NCBI GenBank assembly: GCA_049724395.1
Contig: JAUGWO010000022.1
Location: forward strand, 1 to 57,712
Direction of reading: 5' to 3'
Origin: Spongospora subterranea f. sp. subterranea
Taxonomy: Eukaryota
DNA length: 57,712 nt
Positions 23,683 through 35,046 of the stretch are shown here, one piece after another (the first letter of the stretch is position 1; every line of letters starts with the position of its first letter). The notes beneath the pieces are model-generated. The model saw only the letters and a list, made by a program, of their open reading frames with translations. It searched no databases and was not told the DNA's origin. The position numbers were made by a program, and so were the translations under genes.

Positions 23683-26057
23683 TAGGGGTGGGCACAAGTC
23701 GGTCAATGGTTAACCGGTCCCAAAAAAACACCGGACCGGTTAACCAGTTAATTAACCGGTTAACCAACCAGTTAACCGGTTAATTTAAAATTTAACGACA
23801 AACTCCATAAATATATTTATTTAATCAAACTTGCCGATCAAACGGTTCCACGACCGTAATTTCATCATCACCGTTATGTTCTCGTCAGATAACATTGTGC
23901 GATCGGCACTAACAAAATCACCAGAATCAGAGAAGGCTGATTCCGAAGCGACAGACGACCCCATTATCATCAGAGTATCACGAGCCAGAAGGCTTAGCTT
24001 CGGGAAGCGCCCAGTCTGCTGCTTCCACCACGCGACTGGACATTTACACGACTTATCGGCCTTCAAAGTCATGAAGCAGAAGTCTTCCACTTCATCCGTG
24101 ACAACGTCCTGCTGTGGGTCCGACAGGGAAGCAAACAGATTGAATGCTGTTGAGTCCATGTCCTCCTGCTGAACAGGCAAATAACCATAATCAGTAGCTA
24201 AGATTTCTCGGATTAATCGCTTCGTTTCCTCAGACGCATCAGAGCTGCTTCGTCTTGGATCCAAGAACAAAGCGATGGTAGCCGTGTTGTTGTTCAGGTT
24301 CCCGGAATACTTCTCAAGCTTGTATAGCATCGCCTCTGCCGCAGCTTTAACTTTGGGGGTTGTGAACCCTGTAGTTGTAGTGTCTGAAATGGTAGACTCA
24401 CATAGGCTTTTTAGATGCGAGTAGATCAATGGCTGCATGGCAAGCGTGACGAAATTTTGACCACTTGCAGCCTTTGTGCACTGATACGCCGAAGACAGGA
24501 AATCTTTGCAGGATTTGAGAATGCGCCAATCCATGTCTGACAATTTCAACGGCCCAAGCTTGTCCAGGAACTCCTCTTGATTGCAAATAGCCTCCAAAAT
24601 GTCTTTATTCTTGAAGGAATCTTCAACCATCAAGAACATAGAGTTCCATCTAGTTTCGACATCCAGATTCGGCACAACTTGCTTTGTTGCCCGACCAAGC
24701 ACTACACTGAGATCAGCATATTTTTGACGGATCATCCCTGAACCTCGAACCATCTTCAGCAGATCTCGGAGCAATGAAACCTCACGTTTGATTAGCGCAG
24801 TCGCGTCAACAACAGCTCGGTTTATCACATGGCAAACACAGCGCATATGAAAGTCGATTGTACTGCAGAAATTTAACGCCAACTCACGCTGGAGATAGGA
24901 GTGAACAAGTTTGATGGCTGGAACCATCTCGCCACCACTATCCGACGTGATCGCGCGAACTTTTGTATGGATATTAAATTCCTTCAAAATCGTGATTATC
25001 AAGTCACTTGTGGTATGCTGGTTATGAGGACGAGGAAAATATTTAAATTCCAATACAGCATTTTTCAAGCACCATCTTTCGTCTATCCAGTGCATTGTGA
25101 TAACCAAATACCCCTTCATGACTCTTGAGGACCATCCATCTAACGTGAGAGCTACTTGGCCAGGAATGCGCTCGATTTGTAACAAAAAGCTTTGCAGGGC
25201 TTCTGCATATTCGTCATGCAAGGACCTCACGAAAGTACGACGGCTAGGCAAGATAAATCTGCGGTTCATTTTGCTGCAGAAGATTGCAAACGACTTGGAC
25301 TCAACCAAACGGAAGGGTTGCTTGTTATCAACAACAAACTCCACCAAAGATTTCAGCAGTTCCGCCTTCTTTTCATCATCCATCGCCAGAGGATCCACCA
25401 CATTACCAGTTACATCCAGAGTACTCTGGTTGGGATCTCCTGTTTTGCCATCTTGCTTGAGTTTGTGGGCGACCTCAAGATGACGTTTAAGCGAGCTATT
25501 TCCGGTTCTGATAGAATAGATCTTTCGCTTTTTGCTGGAACACTGAGAGCAGATGATGCCAGTATCGCGTTTTTCAAAATAATTCCAAATCCAAGAAGAG
25601 TTTGCAGATAATTTGCGCTTACGACCACAGTTGGTAACCTTTGAAGTTACTGTTTGCGATGGAGCAGTAATAGCACCATCAGTGGGCAAAGTCTCCAAAT
25701 CTGAATTGGAAGAACAGCTACTACGATCGAGGGAATAGGAATCACTCATTATTGAAGCCAGGCAGTTGAAAGATATACAGTAGACAAAATTAATTGAAAA
25801 ATGGTGTGTATTGACTAGTGATTGCCGATTGCTAATTGCGAGGTCAGAAAAATGCCGTACGAAAGTTTTAACGATATTAGGGGTGACCTACATAGTCTGA
25901 ATAAGGCGTTGGGTTCAGAAAATCCAACTTCTATTTTTGCAAGATTTGACCGGTTAACCGTGCGGTTAACCGGTTACAAAAAAAGCGTTAACCGGTTAAC
26001 CGGGACCGTAGGTTAACCGGTTAACTCCGGACTTTAACCGAAATGTGCCCACCCCTA
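23683..26057 (-). mobile_element. full-length hAT (Ac-like) DNA transposon
   Basis: 14-bp TIRs taggggtgggcaca (23683-23696) and tgtgcccaccccta (26044-26057); subterminal GGTTAACC palindrome clusters at both ends. Confidence 0.95.
23821..25749 (-). CDS. hAT transposase, 642 aa, intact
   Basis: BED finger (WIWNYF..CSQC..HLEVAH), TLDGWSS, ITSDSG, RCVCHVIN, ETRWNS, hATC region ASESAFS. Confidence 0.95.
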   Translation of the reverse strand: MSDSYSLDRSSCSSNSDLETLPTDGAITAPSQTVTSKVTNCGRKRKLSANSSWIWNYFEKRDTGIICSQCSSKKRKIYSIRTGNSSLKRHLEVAHKLKQDGKTGDPNQSTLDVTGNVVDPLAMDDEKKAELLKSLVEFVVDNKQPFRLVESKSFAIFCSKMNRRFILPSRRTFVRSLHDEYAEALQSFLLQIERIPGQVALTLDGWSSRVMKGYLVITMHWIDERWCLKNAVLEFKYFPRPHNQHTTSDLIITILKEFNIHTKVRAITSDSGGEMVPAIKLVHSYLQRELALNFCSTIDFHMRCVCHVINRAVVDATALIKREVSLLRDLLKMVRGSGMIRQKYADLSVVLGRATKQVVPNLDVETRWNSMFLMVEDSFKNKDILEAICNQEEFLDKLGPLKLSDMDWRILKSCKDFLSSAYQCTKAASGQNFVTLAMQPLIYSHLKSLCESTISDTTTTGFTTPKVKAAAEAMLYKLEKYSGNLNNNTATIALFLDPRRSSSDASEETKRLIREILATDYGYLPVQQEDMDSTAFNLFASLSDPQQDVVTDEVEDFCFMTLKADKSCKCPVAWWKQQTGRFPKLSLLARDTLMIMGSSVASESAFSDSGDFVSADRTMLSDENITVMMKLRSWNRLIGKFD

Positions 26058-26059
26058 CT

Positions 26060-26600
26060 AAATAACAGGGTTCGGACTTTTTTGTACGCTGTATTTGCAA
26101 TCTATAGAATGGATCGAATTTCTGATGTTTATTTAGACCTAGCAAAAACGGAATTTGGGTATTTGCCGATTTAAGAATACCGCTGAGCAGCATTTTTCGA
26201 GATCTTTCCAACGCACTGCTGAAAGTGTCCGTTTTCGATCATGACCATTCATTCCTGGAAGGCTTGGAATGAATGGTATTTTGGAGGGGTACGCTATAGT
26301 CTTGCGTACCCCCTAATGTATGTGATGGACGTCCATTCCACGGATTATTTATACAGGCCAATCTGGAACATTGAAGGACATGTTTTCGAAGTGATTGAGG
26401 CTTTCAAGGAAAGCATCACAAGATTGAATAGGACATGAAAACCCAGAAATGTCGTTGCTGATTGACCGGTGAACAATGAATCGCGTCCGATCTGGCAAAT
26501 TAATAGTGACAGATTCCTGGTGCTCCTTCCGCCAATGATATTTTCGATCACGCTGGTTGCTGAAGCACTTTGAGCACTTCTCGCACTGGTACATGATTGG
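26060..26600 (-). pseudogene. C2H2 zinc-finger protein fragment
   Basis: YQCEKCSKCF...HWRKEH followed by CPIQSC; downstream frames broken. Confidence 0.45.
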
Positions 26601-27019
26601 TCTCGAAACTCACCAACATGTACAACACTGCGGCATCACTATGGGTTACTATATGGGTTACGGTGTTCAACACTGCGGCATCGCAATGTGTTACGGCGCA
26701 TCGAAGTTTCAGGATTAATCCAGTGCTTTGTATTAGAAATTGATCTCGGAGCTTTGCATTAGGGTGGTTGAAAAAGGAAACTTTGAATCGTTTTTTTTGT
26801 TTAAATTCTTGAAGTTGGGGAGCGGCTGATGGTATAGTTGGATCGCATTTTTCAAGATCTTTCTATTTGAGCCTGGTCTCAGGCAGACTTTCGGGAATAA
26901 CCTCCGCCCGAAACCCATTCAAAATGGTGCTGGATAGCAGGTCCTCGGGAAATTCCGGCAGCCGTTTTAGGTATTCCGGGCACTGATGGCTGACCTTCCG
27001 CCACGGACTATTATATATA

Positions 27020-29760
27020 AAGCAACCGACCAATGAAGTATCGCCAAGAAGGCTAAGAAGGTATCGTCCGATGGATTCCGCACTAAGCGGAAGTTGTTTC
27101 CAGGATCCGATCCTCCATATCCGGCCTCAACCAGTATAAGTTGTCAAAGACGCTTTCTTTGTGGCCGATGAACTCACAAATCGGTACGGCCCCTATAGCA
27201 AACCTCTTCATAGTGCTCAGCTGAAATATAAGCAAGGCATATGATCGTGCTGAGATCGCGCGCTGATCTGGCAGAAACTCTCAACACGTCGCTGATCGCC
27301 ACCTGATCGGGGTCTTGCAATCGCTGCTCGACTGCTGTTCCATTGTTGTCGCCTCGATGGACACTGAGTCGCCGCCCGTCAAGGCCGCCGTCGACAAACG
27401 TCCCAAGGGCGACGTTCTCAGCCCATTCCATGTTCAATGTGAACTTGGTCGACCATCATGCCCGTCCCTCCAGGAAGCATGTCAACCGCGGCTGCCCATC
27501 CCTCAACGGCGTCGTCATTCCATGCATCATGTACGCCGACGACCAGACACTATTCCACTGGGACCAGCAGGTCATGCAGGCCATGCTGAACGCCATTTCA
27601 AGAGTATGCCGAAGGACATTTTTATTCATACAACGTCCGGAAGTCGGCGGTCTCGCTACCGCTCCGCTCTAGCTGGTCCACCCTCTCACTGGCCGATCAG
27701 CCCCTCCCGGTATCCGGAACCACGTCGTTGCTCGGCGTGAAGATGGTCAACGGCATGATCGCACATGGCTCGCAACTCGCCGACCGCACTCGCCAGGCTG
27801 ACGGAGCCCTGAATTGGAATCCAGCAGCTGGAGACCTTTCAGACCCCGGCCATCTCACTGGCAACGAAGGCTAGGATTACTGCCGCTTTCGGCCGCTCCC
27901 GCGTCGAGTACGGCATTGGCCATCACCGATCACCGACCAGCCGCGCTCGAGGCGGTCGACCGCCTTATCTCCAAGTACCTGGGACGATGTCTCGGTTCCG
28001 ACCGCGGCAACTACCTCATGATGCGACTGTCGGCGCCGGCCTGGTGCCGGCGAGGACCCGCCAGACCCAACTTCGACTCAGCTTCGAAGCACGGATGCGA
28101 GCCTGCCAGCTCGGCCCCGAAAGACATCTCCTCGCGCCAACCGTCTTTCGGGTCGCCGCCACGACTCGGGACAGCCTGTTGGCGACATCCTGGAGACGAT
28201 GCCCCATCAATCGACAGGCGCAAGCCATCGCCCGCCGTTTCGCTCACGAGTACGCCCACGCCGCCGCCAACCCGCTTAACGACCTGCCGGCGCGCCCGAC
28301 TCCGGCCCAGAAGCAGCGATTCCAGACAGCCGCCGTTACCTCGGCCATCAGGACCGCCTCCTGGCACGACCACCGAGCGAGCAAGTTGATGCGAATCCAA
28401 CGCCAGGACTACAACCGTCCCCATCCGGTCGCCCAACTTTCCGGCCCGCATGTCGTCGAGCTCTGCCGATGGATGTGCAATCGCATTCCGGGCGCCCGAT
28501 ACCCCTGCCGCGGCTGCAACGGCCAGTTCCCCGTCTCCAGATATCACATCGCCCGTTGCAGCCGCGTCTCCGACCTCATCGGCGTCCCCGAATTCGACCT
28601 CGACATGGCCCAGCGCCAGTCGACGACCACCGACAACGCGCTCGACAGCCAGATCGTCGAGATGGTCCCAGCCATCATCTCCAAGGACGCGCTCGACACC
28701 GCGTACAGCCGCTGCCCGATCCCCATTCACGACGGCAGCCTGCCCGGCCCCAGATCCTGGCGATCTCGAGCCCGCCAGGTCCAGCCCCCAGCCCTCGACA
28801 TCGCACTCCAGCGGAAGGTCGACGCCATGGCCCTGGCCATCTGCAAGATGAGAGCGATGTGCTGCTCGCAGGACCGCCAACATGGACCGCCCGACCCGCC
28901 CGTTCCCCTCGCCGGCCCGCCCGATCCTCACGCCTCCACCACCACGGCCCCGGCCAACACGTTCCGCAGCATAACCGACCTGCCGGCGCTCACCGCCTTG
29001 CATGTCAACATCCGCCTGGCCTGCCGCGACGTAGACCGACTCGCCGTCACCATCTCCGCTGACCAGATCTCGCTCCTCCTCCGGAAGCGACCCCGACGCC
29101 CGCCCGAATCGACGACCCCCAATCCACGGGCACTGATGGCGACCTACCGCCACGGACTATTATATATATAGCATGCAGCAGCGGCGAAGAAGGCCCGACC
29201 GGCACCACCACCGCCACGACCCGCGGCCGCGCCACCACAGCCACCAGTCGCGCCACCTCCCGCCGCCCGCCGCCGCCCACCCAGCACAACCGCGCCACAG
29301 CCAACCAGACGAAGGAAAGCCCAACCGCTCTTCTCCTCCAGAACGCGCGCCGGCGCCATCCCGGCCTGGTGCCGTCCACAGCCGCCGCAGCCCCCTACCG
29401 ACGCCCTACCACCTGACCCTACCACAGGCAATGCGCCGCAACCCAGTGTACCTACCACGGTCGATCGACTCCGTGGCGCCGTTAACGATGCCGGTCGCGG
29501 CGCGCGCCCTGACGATGACGAACACGCCGATGCACGCAGCGCCCCGGGAACACATCCCCTGGCGCCGCACAAGGTACCACCAGACAGGTGATCGTCGTGG
29601 CTACACGACGATCCCGGTTTCGTGACTGGCAGACGTCTGCGGACGTCGCTAACGTGGCAGAACATCCAAATCCGTGAATAGGCCGCTAATGGCTCAGTTT
29701 ATGCAATTTGAACGCTGGAATTAGCGTTGATAAGGATCATAATACAGAACATAAGCTCCT
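27020..29760 (+). mobile_element. 5'-truncated copy of the telomeric-repeat-associated non-LTR retrotransposon
   Basis: Nearly identical to ~32400-35024 in its 3' part, increasingly noisy toward its left end; ends aagctcct followed by A9 and ccctaaaaccc. Confidence 0.92.
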
Positions 29761-29780
29761 AAAAAAAAACCCTAAAACCC
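29758..29780 (-). repeat. telomere-type TTTTAGGG repeats at the element-element junction
   Basis: cct aaaaaaaaa ccctaaaa ccc. Confidence 0.8.
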
Positions 29781-29889
29781 ACCTGCCTTCCACGGTTCTG
29801 CACCCCCGACTGCCCCGACGACAGCAGGACCAGGCCCAGCAACGCTAGCACCAACACCAGCAGCGATCGCCCGGCCACCGGCCGCACAG

Positions 29890-30875
29890 ATGTCAAACGA
29901 TGACGCGATGGGCCTTGCGGCGTCAATGCGCACCGGGAAGCGCGGCTCTTTCCAGACATACGTGCGAACGTTCGTAATGGATATGAAGCCTGGCCCCTTG
30001 GGCAGTATACGTCGACAACTAAATAGGCTGGGGGTCTGCCCCAGACCCATGGAAATGAGTTTTCTGGGGCGCGCTCCGATCCTAGAGATCACCACCTACG
30101 AATCCGCCCAGAATGACTTGGCTACTCAGCTGAGATCCCTGGGATTCACAGTGAAAACCGGCATCTCTCCCGAAGACCCCTCACTGATGACTGGAGCCAA
30201 ATGGCAAGACGCACTACCTGCCGAGAAGGAGGAAGCCGGTCGCGCCCATTACGTTCAGCGCTTCCGCAGAGAACGGCTGGACGCCAGATCCGGCCCAGCA
30301 TGACTGGTTTTTTGACCAAAGAAATTTACCGGATGGGCCAAACGCCCACGTTCCGGAAGACAACCGTGACGATTACGGAGACAAACCATAAACTAGGCAA
30401 CTCTGGCGCCTGGACAGTGGTGGCCAATAGAAGGGGCCGAAAGCACAAGAAGAAGGTCACGGCGAACGAGGAATCCCCGACTGACGCCAGAGACGATTTG
30501 GCCGCCAAGAGCCCTGCAACGCTCGACCCGTCGCAACTCCGACCGGACAACGTGGCCACCTCCTCATTCGAACAGGCCCCCATAGATGACCAAATCATCC
30601 AGGAGACCGCCGAGGCGGCAGATATGTCCCTCATTGTGGACCTGTTCACGTCCAACAATAGTACGGACTGGGCCGACGACGATTCTGATACGCCGATGAG
30701 TCGTTGCACCAAGCGCATGGCTTCCTCGCCACAGAAAACGTCGACGATCGCGGTGACGAAGCGCCTGTGCACTTCGACCACCTGTCAGCCAGGCCCAGAC
30801 GCGACGGCCGCCCCCACTCAGGAGGAGCCGGTGGGTGCCCACGAGAGTCAGCATGAGCCGCCTTCGCAATTATGA
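29890..30875 (+). CDS. ORF1 (gag-like) of the non-LTR element; one frameshift near 30300
   Basis: ORFs 29890-30303 and 30201-30875; WTVVANRRGRKHKKK basic motif; stop overlaps the ORF2 start (ATGA). Confidence 0.7.
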
Positions 30876-33800
30876 AGGCCGGCTCATGGAACGTTGAAGG
30901 CTTATCGGCCACAAAGCAGACAAATCTGATTGTATATATGAAAAAAACTGACTCCAGAATAATTATTCTTACAGAAACGTGGTTACGCCATCCAAACCAG
31001 GTGCCTCAACCAAAAGAAAGCCGCTGGGCGCGTAAAGACGTTATCCAACGAGAGATCCACCCGCAAGCCAAACGCGGCGGCGGAGGTATAAGCCTAATTT
31101 ATGACACTAACTATTTCCCGAATATTCAGGACAGCGACTTCAAGTTCTGCCGGTTTGCCCGATGGCTTGTTTTCTCTTCGGAGCGGCTAGTCATCGCCGG
31201 CGCCTATCTTAACCCAAGCCTGACCATCGATACTTTCAGGCTCTCCCTTTGCGCCTTGAAAGCATGCATTGCCAAGGCCGATCTAGGCCAACGCACGCTG
31301 ATCATCGCCGGCGATTTTAATGCTCGTTTAGGTCCCATAACCGGCGATCGAGTAGCCAACAACCGTTGCGATCCCATTATGGCACTCATCGCCGACATGG
31401 GCCTGACCCTGATGAACTCAGCGCTAAGGCGTAGCCCTGACCGGTTTACGTTCATCAGCGAGTCAGGCCGGAGCATCCCCGACCTCGCCCTGATTCTACA
31501 AGGCCGACACTGCTCCCTGTCCGTCCATGCACCGCCGGCCAACACGCCGCATCAGCTCCTGCTTATCACGATGCCCGACGAGCTGACACCTCCCGCCCAC
31601 GACCCGACACGTTGGAACTGGTCGCGGAAAGCTTTCGCCCGTGAGCCGGAAAACGCACGCTGCCGGGCGGCGCTAGAACCGGTCATGGAGGAGCTGGTCG
31701 CGGCCTGGGCCGCATTAGGACGCCACATGGACAGACAACTCACACAGGACGGCGAGTCGGATCCGACAACTCAAGCCCAGGTCGACGAACTCTACGCCAC
31801 GTGCTGCTTCCGCATTCGCGAAGCCCTGACTGATATCGCCTGCTGGCAACCGTCCACTGCAAACCGGGGACCGCAACGCCACCACCACCTTCGCTGGCAA
31901 GACCTCGACTCCCTCCCCCGACTCCTTCATCATCTCGAAGGTCAAGTCAGCACTGGAGACGGGGCCAGACGCAACCATCATCACTGCAGCACGACCCAGC
32001 CTCCAGGAATTCGGAGCCTTCTACGAGCAGCTGTTCACTGCTGACCCAGGCACCCCCACTGCCCCGTTCTCCTCGGCACGCAGAGCCGCCAGCACCCTCG
32101 ACGCCACCGAAACCGATGCCTTCTCAGTGGAGACGCTGACCGCCACGATCCACCGGCTGCAGTGGCGTAAAGCCATCGGTCCCGACAACCTGCCAGCAGA
32201 CCTGTTCAAATGCGTCCCAGAGCCGGCTGCCAAGCTCTTTCACGCCATGTTCCGTACCTTGTATTCCCACCAGACAACGCCGTCAGTCTGGCAACGGGCG
32301 TTCATGACGCCGATCCCCAAGAAAGGAACCGACCTGCGCCTTGCCGCCAACTGGAGAGGCATCGCGCTCCAATGCCATCTCAAGAAGGTCTACGAACTGA
32401 GCGTCCGACAGATTCTGCGAAACCGGGGCCTGATCCAGCATCACATCCTCCAGACCGGCTTCCAACCCGCGAACCGGAGCCGTCGACGCTGTCTTTGTGG
32501 CCGATGAACTCACGCATCGGTACGACCGCCTGGGCAAACCTCTGACGGCAGTGCTGCTCGATATAAGCAAGGCATATGATCGTGCTGCTCGCGCGCTGAT
32601 CTGGCAGAAACTCTCAACACGTGGCGCTGATCGCCACCTGATCGGGGTCTTGCAATCGCTGCTCGACTGCTGTTCCATTGTTGTGCGCCTCGATGGACAG
32701 GAGTCGCCGCCCGTCAAGGCCGCCGTCGGCGTCCCGCAGGGCGACGTTCTCAGCCCAGACATGTTCAATGTCTTGGTCGACGATCTGCCCGCCCGGCTCC
32801 AGGAAGCATGTGGCAACCGCGGCTGCCCATCCCTCAACGGCGTCGTCATTCCCTGCATCATGTACGCCGACGACCAGACACTATTCCACTGGGACCAGCA
32901 GGTCATGCAGGCCATGCTGAACGCCGCCCAAGAGTATGCCGAAGGACATTTTTATTCATACAACGTCCGGAAGTCGGCGGTCTCGCTACCGCTCCGCTCT
33001 AGCTGGTCCACCCTCTCACTGGCCGATCAGCCCCTCCCGGTATCCGGAACCACGTCGTTGCTCGGCGTGAAGATGGTCAACGGCATGATCGCACATGGCT
33101 CGCAACTCGCCGACCGCACTCGCCAGGCTGACGGAGCCCTGTTTGGAATCCAGCAGCTGGAGACCTTTCAGACCCCGGCCATCTCACTGGCAACGAAGGC
33201 TAGGATTATTGCCGCTTTCGGCCGCTCCCGCGTCGAGTACGGCATGGCCATCACCGATCACCGACCAGCCGCGCTCGAGGCGGTCGACCGCCTTATCTCC
33301 AAGTACCTGGGACGATGTCTCGGTTCCGACCGCGGCAACTACCTCATGATGCGACTGGCCGGCCTGGTGCCGGCGAGGACCCGCCAGACCCAACTTCGAC
33401 TCAGCTTCGAAGCACGGATGCGAGCCTGCCAGCTCGGCCCCGAAAGACATCTCCTCGCGCCAACCGTCTTTCGGGTCGCCGCCACGACTCGGGACAGCCT
33501 GTTGGCGACATCCTGGAGACGATGCCCCATCAATCGACAGGCGCAAGCCATCGCCCGCCGTTTCGCTCACGAGTACGCCCACGCCGCCGCCAACCCGCTT
33601 AACGACCTGCCGGCGCGCCCGACTCCGGCCCAGAAGCAGCGATTCCAGACAGCCGCCGTTACCTCGGCCATCAGGACCGCCTCCTGGCACGACCACCGAG
33701 CGAGCAAGTTGATGCGAATCCAACGCCAGGACTACAACCGTCCCCATCCGGTCGCCCAACTTTCCGGCCCGCATGTCGTCGAGCTCTGCCGATGGATGTG

Positions 33801-34858
33801 CAATCGCATTCCGGGCGCCCGATACCCCTGCCGCGGCTGCAACGGCCAGTTCCCCGTCTCCAGATATCACATCGCCCGTTGCAGCCGCGTCTCCGACCTC
33901 ATCGGCCCCGAATTCGACCTCGACATGGCCCAGCGCCAGTCGACGACCACCGACAACGCGCTCGACAGCCAGATCGTCGAGATGGTCCCAGCCATCATCT
34001 CCAAGGACGCGCTCGACACCGCGTACAGCCGCTGCCCGATCCCCATTCACGACGGCAGCCTGCCCGGCCCCAGATCCTGGCGATCTCGAGCCCGCCAGGT
34101 CCAGCCCCCAGCCCTTCGACATCGCACTCCAGCGGAAGGTCGACGCCATGGCCCTGGCCATCTGCAAGATGAGAGCGATGTGCTGCTCGCAGGACCGCCA
34201 ACATGGACCGCCCGACCCGCCCGTTCCCCTCGCCGGCCCGCCCGATCCTCACGCCTCCACCACCACGGCCCCGGCCAACACGTTCCGCAGCATAACCGAC
34301 CTGCCGGCGCTCACCGCCTTGCATGTCAACATCCGCCTGGCCTGCCGCGACGTAGACCGACTCGCCGTCACCATCTCCGCTGACCAGATCTCGCTCCTCC
34401 TCCGGAAGCGACCCCGACGCCCGCCCGAATCGACGACCCCCAATCCACCGGCGAAGAAGGCCCGACCGGCACCACCACCGCCACGACCCGCGGCCGCGCC
34501 ACCACAGCCACCAGTCGCGCCACCTCCCGCCGCCCGCCGCCGCCCACCCAGCACAACCGCGCCACAGCCAACCAGACGAAGGAAAGCCCAACCGCTCTTC
34601 TCCTCCAGAACGCGCGCCGGCGCCATCCCGGCCTGGTGCCGTCCACAGCCGCCGCAGCCCCCTACCGACGCCCTACCACCTGACCCTACCACAGGCAATG
34701 CGCCGCAACCCAGTGTACCTACCACGGTCGATCGACTCCGTGGCGCCGTTAACGATGCCGGTCGCGGCGCGCGCCCTGACGATGACGAACACGCCGATGC
34801 ACGCAGCGCCCCGGGAACACATCCCCTGGCGCCGCACAAGGTACCACCAGACAGGTGA
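30872..34858 (+). CDS. ORF2: APE endonuclease, reverse transcriptase, CCHC knuckle and Pro-rich tail (frameshifts near 31920, 32470, 34115)
   Basis: SWNVEGL, LTETW, GAYLNP, IAGDFNA; AIGPDNL, WRGIAL, QTGF, LDISKAYD, GVPQGDVLSP, YADD; CRGC-x8-H-x3-C. Confidence 0.93.
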
Positions 34859-35021
34859 TCGTCGTGGCTACACGACGATCCCGGTTTCGTGACTGGCAGA
34901 CGTCTGCGGACGTCGCTAACGTGGCAGAACATCCAAATCCGTGAATAGGCCGCTAATGGCTCAGTTTATGCAATTTGAACGCTGGAATTAGCGTTGATAA
35001 TCATAATACAGAACATAAGCT

Positions 35022-35046
35022 CCTAAAAACCCTAAAACCCTAAAAC
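35022..35046 (-). repeat. telomere-type TTTTAGGG repeats (3 units)
   Basis: cctaaaaa ccctaaaa ccctaaaa c. Confidence 0.85.

Larger units (their letters stand above)
29781..35024 (+). mobile_element. full-length APE-type non-LTR retrotransposon (ORF1 + ORF2) bounded by CCCTAAAA repeats
   Basis: GC-rich element with two ORFs and a ~165-nt 3' UTR; telomeric repeats on both sides. Confidence 0.93.

Noticed and set aside
27987..34932. Long antisense and alternate-frame ORFs (e.g. 28011-29153, 33184-34167, 34249-34932)
   Set aside because: Shadow ORFs of the GC-rich retrotransposon with no recognisable motifs
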